Source: a virus (taxonomy: Duplodnaviria; Caudoviricetes). Taken from it: 62,409 nucleotides of DNA. Position 1 is the first letter of the stretch. Each line of letters opens with the position of its first letter. This document shows positions 34,903 through 45,186 of this stretch, in pieces. Under the pieces are notes generated by a model. It searched no databases, had not been told where the DNA came from, and saw only the letters and a list, made by a program, of their open reading frames with translations. The stretch is from positions 1 to 62,409 of IMG/VR virus record IMGVR_UViG_3300027607_000105. One strand, given 5' to 3'. The translations under genes and the position numbers were made by a program.

Positions 34903-36126
34903 ATGTCCGTAACGGTCGCAACCGGTGAAAACCGGGTTATTTCCATGAAGAAACAAACTGGTTGCGGCGTGCCCGCGGCGACCGGTGCTGGCGCAACGAT
35001 ACTCCACCGCAGCCCAGGCGGTTTCAGTTTTACCGATGAAACTGAGGGGGTATCGATCCCGACTTCAAACTCGCTTGGGCAGCCTGACCCAATGGAAGAA
35101 GGGATGTTTAGAGTAAGTGGTCAACTTCCTTCGCCTATGTTGCTTGGTGCTCATTCCGAGATCGATGAGTCTATTGCGAGACGCGACTTTACCGCCGGCC
35201 CTACGACTACGGCAAGTGCCGGCGATGAGATTACAACACAGAACGGCAATCAGTTTGTCAGGGCTGCCGGCGGTGGCGAATCATTCCTGACTGACGGCTG
35301 GCTGGCCGGTATGAGTTTCCCAGCCGCTAACCTTCCTGATGCGGCGAACAACGACATCAACCTCACTGTCACCGCAGTTGCGGCGACAGTCCTAACAGTG
35401 GCGGAAACACTTGTCGACAATGCTGTTGGCGATGCCGATGCAGTACTTGCGATGCCGGGTCACTATACGTTCAACCCAACAACGGCGAGAACGAAAAATT
35501 ATTTCACGATCGATGATTACGATCTGGAGCCCGACCAGAGCACCCGTTTGGAGGATGTTGTCTGGACTGGGATGTCAGTCAGTATTCCCGGCGGATCCAA
35601 TCCGGCAACGGTGCAGTACACTGGAATTGGGCGCAATGGAACGCCGCTTGAGACAGTTGAGTCCCCTTGGTTCACGACACCGACTGAGCCGACTGTCCGT
35701 GGCCTAGCATCTCCTGTCGGCACCGTCTTTATCGATGGCGTGGTGTCGGCTGTTATCACGGATGCTTCATTCAATATTGATTGGCAGGCCGAAGGCAGGG
35801 ACGCTGTCGGTTCTCAGTTGATCATCGACATCTTCTACGGCAAGCCGACGGTCGGTGGCTCATTCACCGCTATTCGTATCGATAACGCGCTTCAGAAGAA
35901 GGCAAAGGCCGCCACTCGCATCTCCATTCTCTTTAGGATCGAGGAAGCCGGCACGGATCCGAAGGACTTCAAGTCATTCTATTTCCCCAAATGTCGTATC
36001 GGAGTGTCTAAGGGAGATGACGAAAAGGCAACCCCTGAAACCATCACGTTCTCCGCTGAGCACCAAACCGGGGTCACAGGCGGGTTTGATGGGACCTTCT
36101 TGTTCCAGGACTCGACGCTCAGTTAA
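34903..36126 (+). CDS. Major tail tube protein
   Basis: 407 aa, beta-rich, strong RBS, synteny. Confidence 0.75.
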   Translation: MSVTVATGENRVISMKKQTGCGVPAATGAGATILHRSPGGFSFTDETEGVSIPTSNSLGQPDPMEEGMFRVSGQLPSPMLLGAHSEIDESIARRDFTAGPTTTASAGDEITTQNGNQFVRAAGGGESFLTDGWLAGMSFPAANLPDAANNDINLTVTAVAATVLTVAETLVDNAVGDADAVLAMPGHYTFNPTTARTKNYFTIDDYDLEPDQSTRLEDVVWTGMSVSIPGGSNPATVQYTGIGRNGTPLETVESPWFTTPTEPTVRGLASPVGTVFIDGVVSAVITDASFNIDWQAEGRDAVGSQLIIDIFYGKPTVGGSFTAIRIDNALQKKAKAATRISILFRIEEAGTDPKDFKSFYFPKCRIGVSKGDDEKATPETITFSAEHQTGVTGGFDGTFLFQDSTLS

Positions 36127-36554
36127 TGGGCTTTAAGGACGACATCGATCGGTTCGCCAAGAAGTACGAAGAACGAGCCGAGCGTGTTGTTAAAAGCTCG
36201 GTTCTGGAACTGAGTAAGCGAGTGGTTATGGAATCGCCCGTCGATACCGGGCGTTTTCGAGCCAACTGGAATGTGGCAATTGGCTCGCCTGACCTGACAA
36301 TCGAAGAAGTAGATTTCTCAGGTAGTGATGCAGAGCAAAAGTCGGCTGATCACGCCTTTGATCAAATCGAAAGAGCTGTGACCAACGGGGAGTTCGTAGG
36401 CAACGCAGCTTATATAACCAATAACCTTCCGTATGGGCCAGCTTTGGAATATGGGCACTCCCAAAAATCACCAGATGGCATGGTGCGGATTTCCGTCGCG
36501 AACTGGCCCGCAATCGTCAAAGGTGCGGTGAAAGAGGCTAAGGCGCGCGGATAG
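36126..36554 (+). CDS. HK97 gp10-like tail component
   Basis: SPVDTGRFRANW...NNLPY..ALEYGHSQKSP.GMVR. Confidence 0.85.
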   Translation: MGFKDDIDRFAKKYEERAERVVKSSVLELSKRVVMESPVDTGRFRANWNVAIGSPDLTIEEVDFSGSDAEQKSADHAFDQIERAVTNGEFVGNAAYITNNLPYGPALEYGHSQKSPDGMVRISVANWPAIVKGAVKEAKARG

Positions 36555-36671
36555 GGGCGCGGGCGCCGGGTGCCTCCGAAGCGCTCGCGTCCTGCCACTT
36601 TAAATCAAGGCTTTATCCAAGAATATTGATGTCCTCCCATTCAGCCGCTAGGGTTGCAGCGGGAGGGCGCT

Positions 36672-37160
36672 ATGGCAACAGGGCAAGCTGGGATAAACCC
36701 AATAAAACGAAACGCGATGTTTATTCTGATCGCGCTAATTGGTGTTTTCATAATTTGGGTATTCTCGTTGCCAGAGGTGAAAGACACCGGGACGGCAGCC
36801 CAAGCGGATGAGTTTGGAGAAGCCGCCACGCCAACGCTATCGTCCGAAGAGCAGATCAAAGTTTGGGAGTTTATAGCAGAAACGCAGTGGGCCAACTTTG
36901 AGGTTTGTTTGATTGACACAAATCCATACTGTCAAGACGTGGGCAAGTCGGCCGTCTTTCAAGCTGGGCCAGAGCGGTTGAGAGGGAAACGGGCCGGGCG
37001 AATTTTGGGAGTCGTCTGGCGGCCAGAAGGGTCCGTGATTAGTCAATCTGGTGAGCCGCTAAAATTGTCACCGCGAAACGCCTACTATTATCTAATCGAT
37101 CCGTCTGGCAAACCCACAGAGGCGTTCATCATTCAGGCTAGGTACATAAGGCCGGAATAG
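36672..37160 (+). CDS. Membrane-anchored moron-like protein
   Basis: One N-terminal TM helix; followed by its own terminator. Confidence 0.6.
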   Translation: MATGQAGINPIKRNAMFILIALIGVFIIWVFSLPEVKDTGTAAQADEFGEAATPTLSSEEQIKVWEFIAETQWANFEVCLIDTNPYCQDVGKSAVFQAGPERLRGKRAGRILGVVWRPEGSVISQSGEPLKLSPRNAYYYLIDPSGKPTEAFIIQARYIRPE

Positions 37161-37184
37161 AAAACCAGAATTGGAATTTTTTGT

Positions 37185-37207
37185 ACCCCGCTCCGGCGGG
37201 GTTTTTT
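37185..37207 (+). terminator. Rho-independent terminator
   Basis: ACCCCGC TCCG GCGGGGT TTTTT. Confidence 0.8.
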
Positions 37208-37230
37208 ATTGGCAAAACCAGGAGGCACAA

Positions 37231-37722
37231 ATGTCAAATGTCACAGGACTGCGCGTAACAGATAAAATCGAAGATGGAATTTGGGTTCACTACAAAGACC
37301 CAAGAACCAAAGAGGGCGCCCCTCTTTTCGAGAACGGTGAGGATGGTAAGGACGACCCAGACAAGCCTGTGCGCCAGAAGTTTTACGGCTTCGATAGTAA
37401 GCGCGATAAAGATTGGGTGGAGAAGAACAAGGGAACCGAGCCTCCTGGCGGGATGGCGATGGATCCGGAAACAAAGCTTATCCGCATTGATACGAAATAC
37501 ATGCAGTCGAATTGGTCAAAACGGCGCTTGGCAAACCTGTTGAAGGAAACTGAATGGTGTCCTGGGCCGGACGGGTCACCGATGGAGATGCCCGATTCAG
37601 CCACCAAGCGGGAAGGCTTGATGATGCGGTTCTGGGAAGATTATCCATTTTTCTATGCACAAGCTTACACAGAGGTTTCTGAACTCCTGAATTTTACCGC
37701 GGAGTCGCTGGACGACTCCTAA
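37231..37722 (+). CDS. Tail assembly chaperone (G-like)
   Basis: GGAGG RBS; precedes the tape measure; ends ...LLNFT. Confidence 0.75.
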   Translation: MSNVTGLRVTDKIEDGIWVHYKDPRTKEGAPLFENGEDGKDDPDKPVRQKFYGFDSKRDKDWVEKNKGTEPPGGMAMDPETKLIRIDTKYMQSNWSKRRLANLLKETEWCPGPDGSPMEMPDSATKREGLMMRFWEDYPFFYAQAYTEVSELLNFTAESLDDS

Positions 37723-38087
37723 ACTACGCTGAACTTTTCTTTGCCTTTGGTGAGGGCGGAGAAAGAAAAGCGAAGTCTGCATCCGATCAAATCAGCCGGT
37801 TCGCCCAGAACAGCCTGCCGGCCAATCGCGCGAAGGTTCCGGAGGCAGAGCTTCCCGTCTTTCCAAAGGACATTGACTATCTCTGGCAGCACTTTCACCG
37901 CCTAAACAATAAGCGCATTAGCCAGGCAGGGTTTGGCGTGATCATTCCAAACCCGATCACTGAGCAAGAGCTTCAGTCTTATCAAATCAATCGGCATGTC
38001 TCGTTCCACCTCTGGGAGTTTGATCTCCTGGATGCTCTGGACGTTGTCTACCGCAAAAAGGCCATGGAAAAGATCAATCAGAAATGA
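37689..38087 (+). CDS. Tail assembly chaperone extension (T-like), reached by -1 frameshift
   Basis: Open -1 frame from G AAT TTT: ...YLWQHFHRL..KR..AGFG..PNPITEQEL...WEFDLLDALD, ending in ATGA overlap with the tape measure. Confidence 0.75.
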   Translation, partial: EFYRGVAGRLLNYAELFFAFGEGGERKAKSASDQISRFAQNSLPANRAKVPEAELPVFPKDIDYLWQHFHRLNNKRISQAGFGVIIPNPITEQELQSYQINRHVSFHLWEFDLLDALDVVYRKKAMEKINQK

Positions 38088-41000
38088 CCGACATCGCCCA
38101 GCTTTCAATCAGTATTGATACTTCTGATTTGAAGCAGGCTGATCGCGCGCTCGATCGATTCACTGACACGGCTGAGGACGCGGAAAACCAAACGAAGGAC
38201 TTGGAAAAGTCGACGACAAAGATGGCCACTGCGTTTGCCGCGGCTGCAGCGGCAGCTGTGACGGCGGGTGGCTTGTTCACTAAAGCAATGATCAGCGCCG
38301 CCAGTGAGGCGGAAAATTATCGCGTGCGTTTGGAGTCGGTCCTCAAAAGCTCGGACCGTGCCAACATGGTCTTCAAAGACATGGCCAACTTCGCCGGTCA
38401 GGTGCCTTTTGAGTTCAGGGCGATCATGGAGTCCGCTACCAACCTGACGGCCGTTGTTCAAGGAAACACCGAGAAGGTCAATCGGCTCATCCCTGTCATA
38501 GGGGACATTGCGGCGGCCACAGGACTCAGCATTCAGCAGACAACTGAGCAAATGATTAAGGTCATTTCATCAGGCATTACGGCTGCTGAAACCTTCAAAG
38601 ATAAAGGCATAACCGATGCGCTGCAGTTGTCGGACGAAGCAAAGGCCTCCGCTGACAAGACGGTCGCCGAGATACTCAGGCTCTTCGAGAGTGGCCAAGC
38701 ATCATTTGCGGGCACTGCTGAACGCCTGGCTGACACCTGGGATGGCCAAGTGTCTATGATGGCCGACAAGTGGTTTTCGTTCCGTATCGCTGTTGCCGAT
38801 GGCGGTATATTTGAGTCGATGAAGGGGGCGTTGGCCGACTTCAATCAGTTCTGGAACGACAACTCAGAACAGATACTAGAAACAGCGCGTGTGATCGGCT
38901 CAGTGATGGGCACGGTTTTCGATGGTGTTGTTGCCGCGGTCAAGATTGCCGCAGGAGTCATTGGCGATAACATTGACATAATCCTAGGCGCCCTTGCTGG
39001 CATTGCGACGTTTGCGGCCGGTTCTGCATTAGTGGGGCTGATTTCCTCATTAGGTGCCTTGCCTTCCTTGTTTATTGCAGCTGCTGCTGGCGCCAAAGCG
39101 TTGACCGCCGCGCTTTTGGCCAACCCAATAGGATTGATAGTTGCTGGTTTCGCAGCCGCTGGCGCTGCGCTCTTTGCCTATCGAGAAGAAATATCACTGG
39201 CGCTAACAGGGACGGAAGATTGGTGGGTAGGGCTACGGGCCCTTGCTAGCGGAGTTGTTGAGTTGTTCTCCAATCTCCTCAACAACGTTGGCACTTTTGC
39301 GACGGCGTGGGTCGACCTAACGGCAAGCAATGTTCAGACGCTGAAAGACATCTACAACGGGTTTTTCGATTTCATTAAGTCAGGCTTCTCCAGTCTGGGC
39401 TCAATTATTTCGTCTGCTCTGACTGGCGATATTGAAGGGGTGAAAGCTGCAGTCGCGCAATTCACAGCGAATGATTTAGAGCTGGGGATTTCAGAAGGCA
39501 TCGAGCGGGCAAACCAAATTGTTGCGGACGCTCAGGCTAACCTCAAGCCACTCACCATAGACATTGAGACGAAGGTTGCTGAGATCGAGATCTCCGACGA
39601 GATGGCCGAGAAAGCTGCGGCTGCGTCCGATGCTCTTGAAGGTCTAGGAAACACCCTAGACGAAGCAGGCGGCGGACTATCCGACTTCGCTCTAGATCTC
39701 CAAGCCCAATCCGAAGAGCTTGATGGGCTGATAGAAGCCTATAAGGACGGCACAGAAGCCGGCGAGCTTTATGCCGCGATGCTGGATGCGGCCGCACAAA
39801 AGGGTGAGGCGCTTACCCAGTCCGAGAAAGAGCAAATCAAAGCTATTCAGGAAAAGAACCGTGTTCTGACCAGCGCTCAATTGCAGGCCGATCTGGATGA
39901 ACAGATCAAGCAGATTGGGGAGTTGGAAGCCGCCCTTCGTCAAGGATCGGACGCCTATGAATTGATGGCGATCAAACAAGACCTTTTGGCACAGGGCGCT
40001 GCGAATGATGATTCACTTGAGCAGTTGGCCCGCCAAGCCAAGGAAGTTTCTGACCGCTTTGAAGAAATAGACCGTCAGGTCGACATTTGGGAGCAAATCG
40101 AAAAGGAGCCCTTGCAAGACTGGCTCGAAACCGCACAAGACGGGTTTGTCGATCTTTGGGAGCAATTCAAACGTGACGGCTTCGATGCGTTTGAAGATAT
40201 AGGCGATTTCTTCAAAGACCTGCTGAAGCAATTGGGCAATGCCGCGATTGCAAATCTCTTTCAGCCCGTATTTCAACAGATCAATGGTTTGTTCAGCGGC
40301 GCGTCTGTAAGCGCTGCCGGTCAGTCCGGCGGGTTTGGGCTGGGGAACCTGTTCGGCGGCCTATTTGGTGGATCCGGTCCGAACGGTGCGCGCGGATCCA
40401 TTCCACTTCTCACCGGCCAAACCGGTGTGACAAGGGCCAACCCCCTTGGAACAGGGTTCGGTGTATATGGTCAGGGCGGCGGTCTTTCCGGAATTCTGGG
40501 CGATCTAAACGGCGGCTTTAATGGGCTTTTTGGTGGCGACAGCCTCACCTCCATTTTTGAAGGCGGCTTCACCAGTGGATTGTCAACTTTGGCAAGGGGC
40601 GCTGGGCTCGCATTCGCGGGATTTAGTCTCGGCCAAACCGCTGCGGGTTTGTTTACTGACAGAGTGAGCCAGTCCGGTTCACAAATCGGCGGTGGTCTAG
40701 GCGGAGCGATTGGCTTTGCCGCGGGTGGGCCTGTTGGTGCCGGTATCGGATCTCTGCTCGGGTCATTGGGCGGCGGTGTTTTTGGCGACAAGGACTATGA
40801 GCACGTATTTGGTCGTGTAAATGTTGCAGGCGGTCAATTTGGTGCCGGCCGCGTCGACTCTCTTGACGGTGCCGATGCTGCGGTCGGTCGCCAAGCGGCG
40901 CAAGCCATCGCGGACAACGCAAACAGCATCCTGAACGCCTTTGATGCGACCTTGAGTGGCCGCGTCGACACGATCTCCGGCTTCGGATCGACTGAGCGCG

Positions 41001-42652
41001 ATGTGGGCCCGTTCATTGCCGGTACCGGGGATCTGTCGCGAGGCTTTACGTTTGAGAACATCCAGGACGAAGCCCAGGCGATGGGCATTGCCACAATTGC
41101 CGCACTCCAGAACGCCTTAGATCGTGGTCTGATTGAAGGCCTGCCAAGCCTCGCTGAAAGCGTGATCAATAACTTCAATCCTCGGGCATCCGTCGATGCT
41201 TTGGGAGAGGCGCTGGATGCTGTCAAAACCTTTGACGACATCATCAAGAACATTACGGGCGACACCAAGTCCAATATCGAACAGGTGGTCGATGATCTGG
41301 TCGCGGCGCGAGATGCGGTCCGTGCGGTTGTCGGCGCCGATGGGCTTGGCGAAGTCGATGCCGCATTTAGGTCGGCGCAAAGAGAGCTGAGACAAACCGT
41401 AGCCGGTGAGTATCGCGAAGCGTATCTACAGATCACCGATCCGCTTCTCGCCGCATTTGACGATCTACTCGAGGCACAGCAGCAAAGGCTCGCGGATGTT
41501 CAGGCCGTCGGTCAAGGAGCTCAAGCCCTCTTTCGTGCCGAGCAACTCAATCAGGCCGAACTCGAACAATTCATTCAGTCAACGCTTGAGGCCGGCGGCT
41601 CAATCGCGGATCTCACCAGCGATTTTGAGAAGCTGCGTCGGTCCATGGAATCCGCAGGAGAGTCCACTGCAGGCCTCCAACGAGCGTTCGACGATACCGT
41701 TGCAGGTCTTTCTGCCGACTTCAATCAATCCGTGGAGCAAGCGTTGCTGCAGGCCACGGACCCGGCGCGGGCTTCTCTGGTGTCGCTACTCGAAACATTT
41801 GAGACCAGGACCGACGAAGCCAATGCCATCATTGCGGCAGGTGGTTCAGTTGATCTCGATGCGGTTCAACGCCTCAACAGCACTGAGCTTACAAACTTCG
41901 TCAACAATCTTGCCGATCAGGAGAGATCCCGGATCCTTAGCCTGTTTGATGAAGAACAAAGCCTAATCGCGACCCGCGCCTCGACCTTCCAGGGGCTTGG
42001 TCAGGACATTCTGAATACAAGAGATTCCCTTGTATCCAGGTTCTCATCTGCCTCGGGTGCAGAGAACTTGGAAGACCTTCGTGGAAGATTTGACACATTG
42101 GTCGCGGAATCACGGCTCGGCAATGAGAGTGCGCTCAGGGCTTTGCCGCAGGTCGCGGATTCCCTGATCGATGTGTCGCGTAATATGTTCGCGTCGACCC
42201 AGCCGTTCCAAGACGAACTGGCGCGAGTAAATGACGCTCTCGAAGAGGTTGGCGCCGGCGCCTTGGATATGGCGACGGAAGCTCAGCTGCAGCTCGACAA
42301 GCTTGATGATCAAATCAGTCTGTTGACCGATATTAAAGGTCTGCTTGAGGGCAGCACGACAGCCGAGCAATACCTTCAAAGCATTGCTTCGGGGGATTTT
42401 GAAACCTCCATAGCGGCGGTCATCAATCAGCTTGCCGCAACACAGCTGGTTACCAATGTCGCGACCAATGACAACAGTTCACTGGTGACACCAAGCGACA
42501 TCTACGGGTCCGCAGAGGCTCAAACGGCTGTGCTGAAGCCAATCCTGGAAGACATCCGCGACAACATCAGATCCAACGGAAACCGCTTGGACAGAATTGA
42601 AGTCGAGTTGCAGACCCGCAACGCCCAAGACTCGCTACGGACCGGAACCTAA
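38084..42652 (+). CDS. Tail tape measure protein
   Basis: 1522 aa, Ala-rich helical, N-terminal DIAQLSISID, tape-measure domain. Confidence 0.92.
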   Translation: MTDIAQLSISIDTSDLKQADRALDRFTDTAEDAENQTKDLEKSTTKMATAFAAAAAAAVTAGGLFTKAMISAASEAENYRVRLESVLKSSDRANMVFKDMANFAGQVPFEFRAIMESATNLTAVVQGNTEKVNRLIPVIGDIAAATGLSIQQTTEQMIKVISSGITAAETFKDKGITDALQLSDEAKASADKTVAEILRLFESGQASFAGTAERLADTWDGQVSMMADKWFSFRIAVADGGIFESMKGALADFNQFWNDNSEQILETARVIGSVMGTVFDGVVAAVKIAAGVIGDNIDIILGALAGIATFAAGSALVGLISSLGALPSLFIAAAAGAKALTAALLANPIGLIVAGFAAAGAALFAYREEISLALTGTEDWWVGLRALASGVVELFSNLLNNVGTFATAWVDLTASNVQTLKDIYNGFFDFIKSGFSSLGSIISSALTGDIEGVKAAVAQFTANDLELGISEGIERANQIVADAQANLKPLTIDIETKVAEIEISDEMAEKAAAASDALEGLGNTLDEAGGGLSDFALDLQAQSEELDGLIEAYKDGTEAGELYAAMLDAAAQKGEALTQSEKEQIKAIQEKNRVLTSAQLQADLDEQIKQIGELEAALRQGSDAYELMAIKQDLLAQGAANDDSLEQLARQAKEVSDRFEEIDRQVDIWEQIEKEPLQDWLETAQDGFVDLWEQFKRDGFDAFEDIGDFFKDLLKQLGNAAIANLFQPVFQQINGLFSGASVSAAGQSGGFGLGNLFGGLFGGSGPNGARGSIPLLTGQTGVTRANPLGTGFGVYGQGGGLSGILGDLNGGFNGLFGGDSLTSIFEGGFTSGLSTLARGAGLAFAGFSLGQTAAGLFTDRVSQSGSQIGGGLGGAIGFAAGGPVGAGIGSLLGSLGGGVFGDKDYEHVFGRVNVAGGQFGAGRVDSLDGADAAVGRQAAQAIADNANSILNAFDATLSGRVDTISGFGSTERDVGPFIAGTGDLSRGFTFENIQDEAQAMGIATIAALQNALDRGLIEGLPSLAESVINNFNPRASVDALGEALDAVKTFDDIIKNITGDTKSNIEQVVDDLVAARDAVRAVVGADGLGEVDAAFRSAQRELRQTVAGEYREAYLQITDPLLAAFDDLLEAQQQRLADVQAVGQGAQALFRAEQLNQAELEQFIQSTLEAGGSIADLTSDFEKLRRSMESAGESTAGLQRAFDDTVAGLSADFNQSVEQALLQATDPARASLVSLLETFETRTDEANAIIAAGGSVDLDAVQRLNSTELTNFVNNLADQERSRILSLFDEEQSLIATRASTFQGLGQDILNTRDSLVSRFSSASGAENLEDLRGRFDTLVAESRLGNESALRALPQVADSLIDVSRNMFASTQPFQDELARVNDALEEVGAGALDMATEAQLQLDKLDDQISLLTDIKGLLEGSTTAEQYLQSIASGDFETSIAAVINQLAATQLVTNVATNDNSSLVTPSDIYGSAEAQTAVLKPILEDIRDNIRSNGNRLDRIEVELQTRNAQDSLRTGT

Positions 42653-42657
42653 ATCAC

Positions 42658-44376
42658 ATGACATTCGGAACCGCTGTCTTTGCGAATGAGCCGTTCGCGA
42701 AGCTTGACCCCATTGATGCGACCACAGGCGCGTTCCAGGAGCTGATCGACTTCGGTGTCAGGACACCCATCGTCTTGGTTGAGATCAATATGGTCGAGCG
42801 CGAGGCGCCTAATCCTGATGTGGCGAGCCGGGCAATAGGACAGCACGCAATTGGGTTGCCGCCAGGCGTGTCGGATCTAACGTCACCAGACTCCATCTCA
42901 CGGATCTACGGGGACGGGTGGTTCATCACGACGCCGACCGACACGAAACGGCCAAATCTGATCTGCGAAGCCCGGGTGTTGCAGGCGCTGGATCTGGCCG
43001 ATGCGAAACCGGTTGTTCCGGAGGCGACCGCCAGGGCGCGGCAAAGCCTGACACAAGTCCGGTTGCAAGCCGGAGACGGTGAACTTGATACCTTTTTGGA
43101 GAATTACTCGGCCGACGGACAAACGGTCACGACCTATTTGGCGCCGGCACTGGAGGACACCAGAAACTGGGTGAAGATCGCCGAAGCCACCGCCACCGGC
43201 TGGGCGATGAACAATACCGAGCTGTCGATCAATGTAACGGGTCCAGCTTCTAGGCTTGATAGGCAGCTGCAGTCTGATCGCTTTCGCGGGACAGGCGGTC
43301 TTGAAGGCCCGGCGAGTTTGCAAGGACATCGGAAGCCCCTGGCCTTTGGTCAGTGTTTCAATTGTCAGGGTGTCTTGGTCATTGAAGATGAGGAGTTATT
43401 TCGTCTCCACAATGGTCGGATCTTTGGTGTTGGCGCCGCGAGACATCGGGGACTTGCTCTGACTTGGTTCGGCGACTTCCCGAATGTTGCTGCACTTCGT
43501 CTTGCTGAAATTCCGGCAGGGTACTACGCGACATGTTTGGCAACGGGATGGGCGCGCACGAATATCGCCGATGTGCAAGCCGATCCGGAAGCAGAGATCC
43601 GTTTCGATATTTTGGGGGATTATTCCGGTTTCGAATATGTCAATCAGGCCGGCACGATCTTACTCAGGCTTGCTGAACAATACGCCTCAATTGATCCGGC
43701 AGAGATTAACAGGCCGTTTTTCTTCGCGCTTCAAGACGGCATTGTGGGTCATTTTGAACGTGGTGGTGCCGGCGACGGCAAAACCATCGCCGAAATCTTT
43801 GACGAGATCCTGAGGCCCTATAACGGTTCTTATGGGGCGGGTATCGATAGTCGTCTGATCGTCGCCGATCTCTCATCTGCCGACAATCTTGGAACAACTC
43901 GCACTCTGGTCGAATCCGACATCCTGTCCATTCAAACAGTGGCGCCGCCGTTTCAGCCACGCTTTAAAATGACATACCTCTATCGCCGGAATTGGTCTCC
44001 GCATACGGAAGACGAGCTTGCCGGTTCGCTGACCCAAGAAGAGGTTGAGCTTTATACGCAGGACGGCACGGAAGTCTCGAAAACCGAAGACATTCTCGAA
44101 ACGCATCCCAATGCGGTCGAGGTCCCGACGATTGCGACGGGTTACCAGGAGTTCGAACCAGCCCGGCAACGGCTGGAATCGGTTCTCCAATCAGTATCGG
44201 GCGATGAGCTGTTTATCCAGGTAAAGCTTGGACGTATCGGGTTTGGCATTAAAGACACCTCGATTCTTGAGGTCGATCACCCTCGTTACGGCTTGAGCGG
44301 GAAGAAGTTCCGGATCATTGGGCGCCGGTTCGACATGCGCGAGCTGACGGTCACGCTTTCATTGAGGGCCGGTTAA
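42658..44376 (+). CDS. Tail tip/hub protein
   Basis: F.GTGGLEG...KPLAFGQCFN; synteny. Confidence 0.7.
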   Translation: MTFGTAVFANEPFAKLDPIDATTGAFQELIDFGVRTPIVLVEINMVEREAPNPDVASRAIGQHAIGLPPGVSDLTSPDSISRIYGDGWFITTPTDTKRPNLICEARVLQALDLADAKPVVPEATARARQSLTQVRLQAGDGELDTFLENYSADGQTVTTYLAPALEDTRNWVKIAEATATGWAMNNTELSINVTGPASRLDRQLQSDRFRGTGGLEGPASLQGHRKPLAFGQCFNCQGVLVIEDEELFRLHNGRIFGVGAARHRGLALTWFGDFPNVAALRLAEIPAGYYATCLATGWARTNIADVQADPEAEIRFDILGDYSGFEYVNQAGTILLRLAEQYASIDPAEINRPFFFALQDGIVGHFERGGAGDGKTIAEIFDEILRPYNGSYGAGIDSRLIVADLSSADNLGTTRTLVESDILSIQTVAPPFQPRFKMTYLYRRNWSPHTEDELAGSLTQEEVELYTQDGTEVSKTEDILETHPNAVEVPTIATGYQEFEPARQRLESVLQSVSGDELFIQVKLGRIGFGIKDTSILEVDHPRYGLSGKKFRIIGRRFDMRELTVTLSLRAG

Positions 44377-45185
44377 TGTCCTGGATCTGTGCCCTAAATC
44401 TTGTCGACTTGCCTGGCGTCATGGTGACCGCTTCAAGTGAGGTCGCCACGATGCCGGTGAGCAACTTGCAGCGACGGCAGGTCGGCAAGCTATGGCGAAC
44501 TCAAAGCGAAAACGGTTGGTTCCAAGTGGATTTTGGATCTGATCAATCGATCGACACCCTTGCCTTTTTGGTTCAGCGATTCCATGGCCATGACGCCAAC
44601 ACCGAGCAAGCACCCTTGGCAGCCGACGATCAGGTGTTGCATCAGCTCTGGAGTGACGGCCAGACTCCGGGGGTCGATACACCGGTTTATAATCCGAGTG
44701 CTGAGAACTCAAACATTCATATCGGGTTCGGCTATCACACCCATCTGATCAGCACGCCGCAGACCGCACGATATTGGCGCTGCACGATCACCGGAACAAG
44801 CCGGGCGGCGCTTGGATACTTCGACATCGGGCGCCCCTTTGCGGGGCTGAGATATTCGCCGCCTTACAACTTCGTCTATGGCGCGGGTCAGGGCTGGACG
44901 GAGAAAGCGACGATCCCGGAAGCGGAAAGAACGGCGACACAGTTCCCGAGTGCCGGCGAGAAATACCGGGTTTGGGATGTGACATATCTGTTCCCGGAAA
45001 CAGCGGAAGAAAGCTTCGAAGATGTCGTCCGGGACGGCGGGCAATCCGGTCAAATGCTGTTTGGTCGGAAAGACACAGATCTTGCGCGCAATGTTTTGCT
45101 CTGCGTCGAGGAAGGCGCGAACCAAGCGGTTCACACAAGCTTTGAGCTTCTGAGACAGGACTTCACGTTTAGGGAGAGCCGTTGA
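44376..45185 (+). CDS. Minor tail protein
   Basis: PVSNLQ...WR; YFDIGR; synteny. Confidence 0.65.
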   Translation: MSWICALNLVDLPGVMVTASSEVATMPVSNLQRRQVGKLWRTQSENGWFQVDFGSDQSIDTLAFLVQRFHGHDANTEQAPLAADDQVLHQLWSDGQTPGVDTPVYNPSAENSNIHIGFGYHTHLISTPQTARYWRCTITGTSRAALGYFDIGRPFAGLRYSPPYNFVYGAGQGWTEKATIPEAERTATQFPSAGEKYRVWDVTYLFPETAEESFEDVVRDGGQSGQMLFGRKDTDLARNVLLCVEEGANQAVHTSFELLRQDFTFRESR

Positions 45186-45186
45186 T

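Noticed and set aside
40300-40800. Gly-rich, glycine-zipper segment in the tape measure protein
   Set aside because: A common feature of such tape measure proteins, with no evidence of a separate toxin domain.
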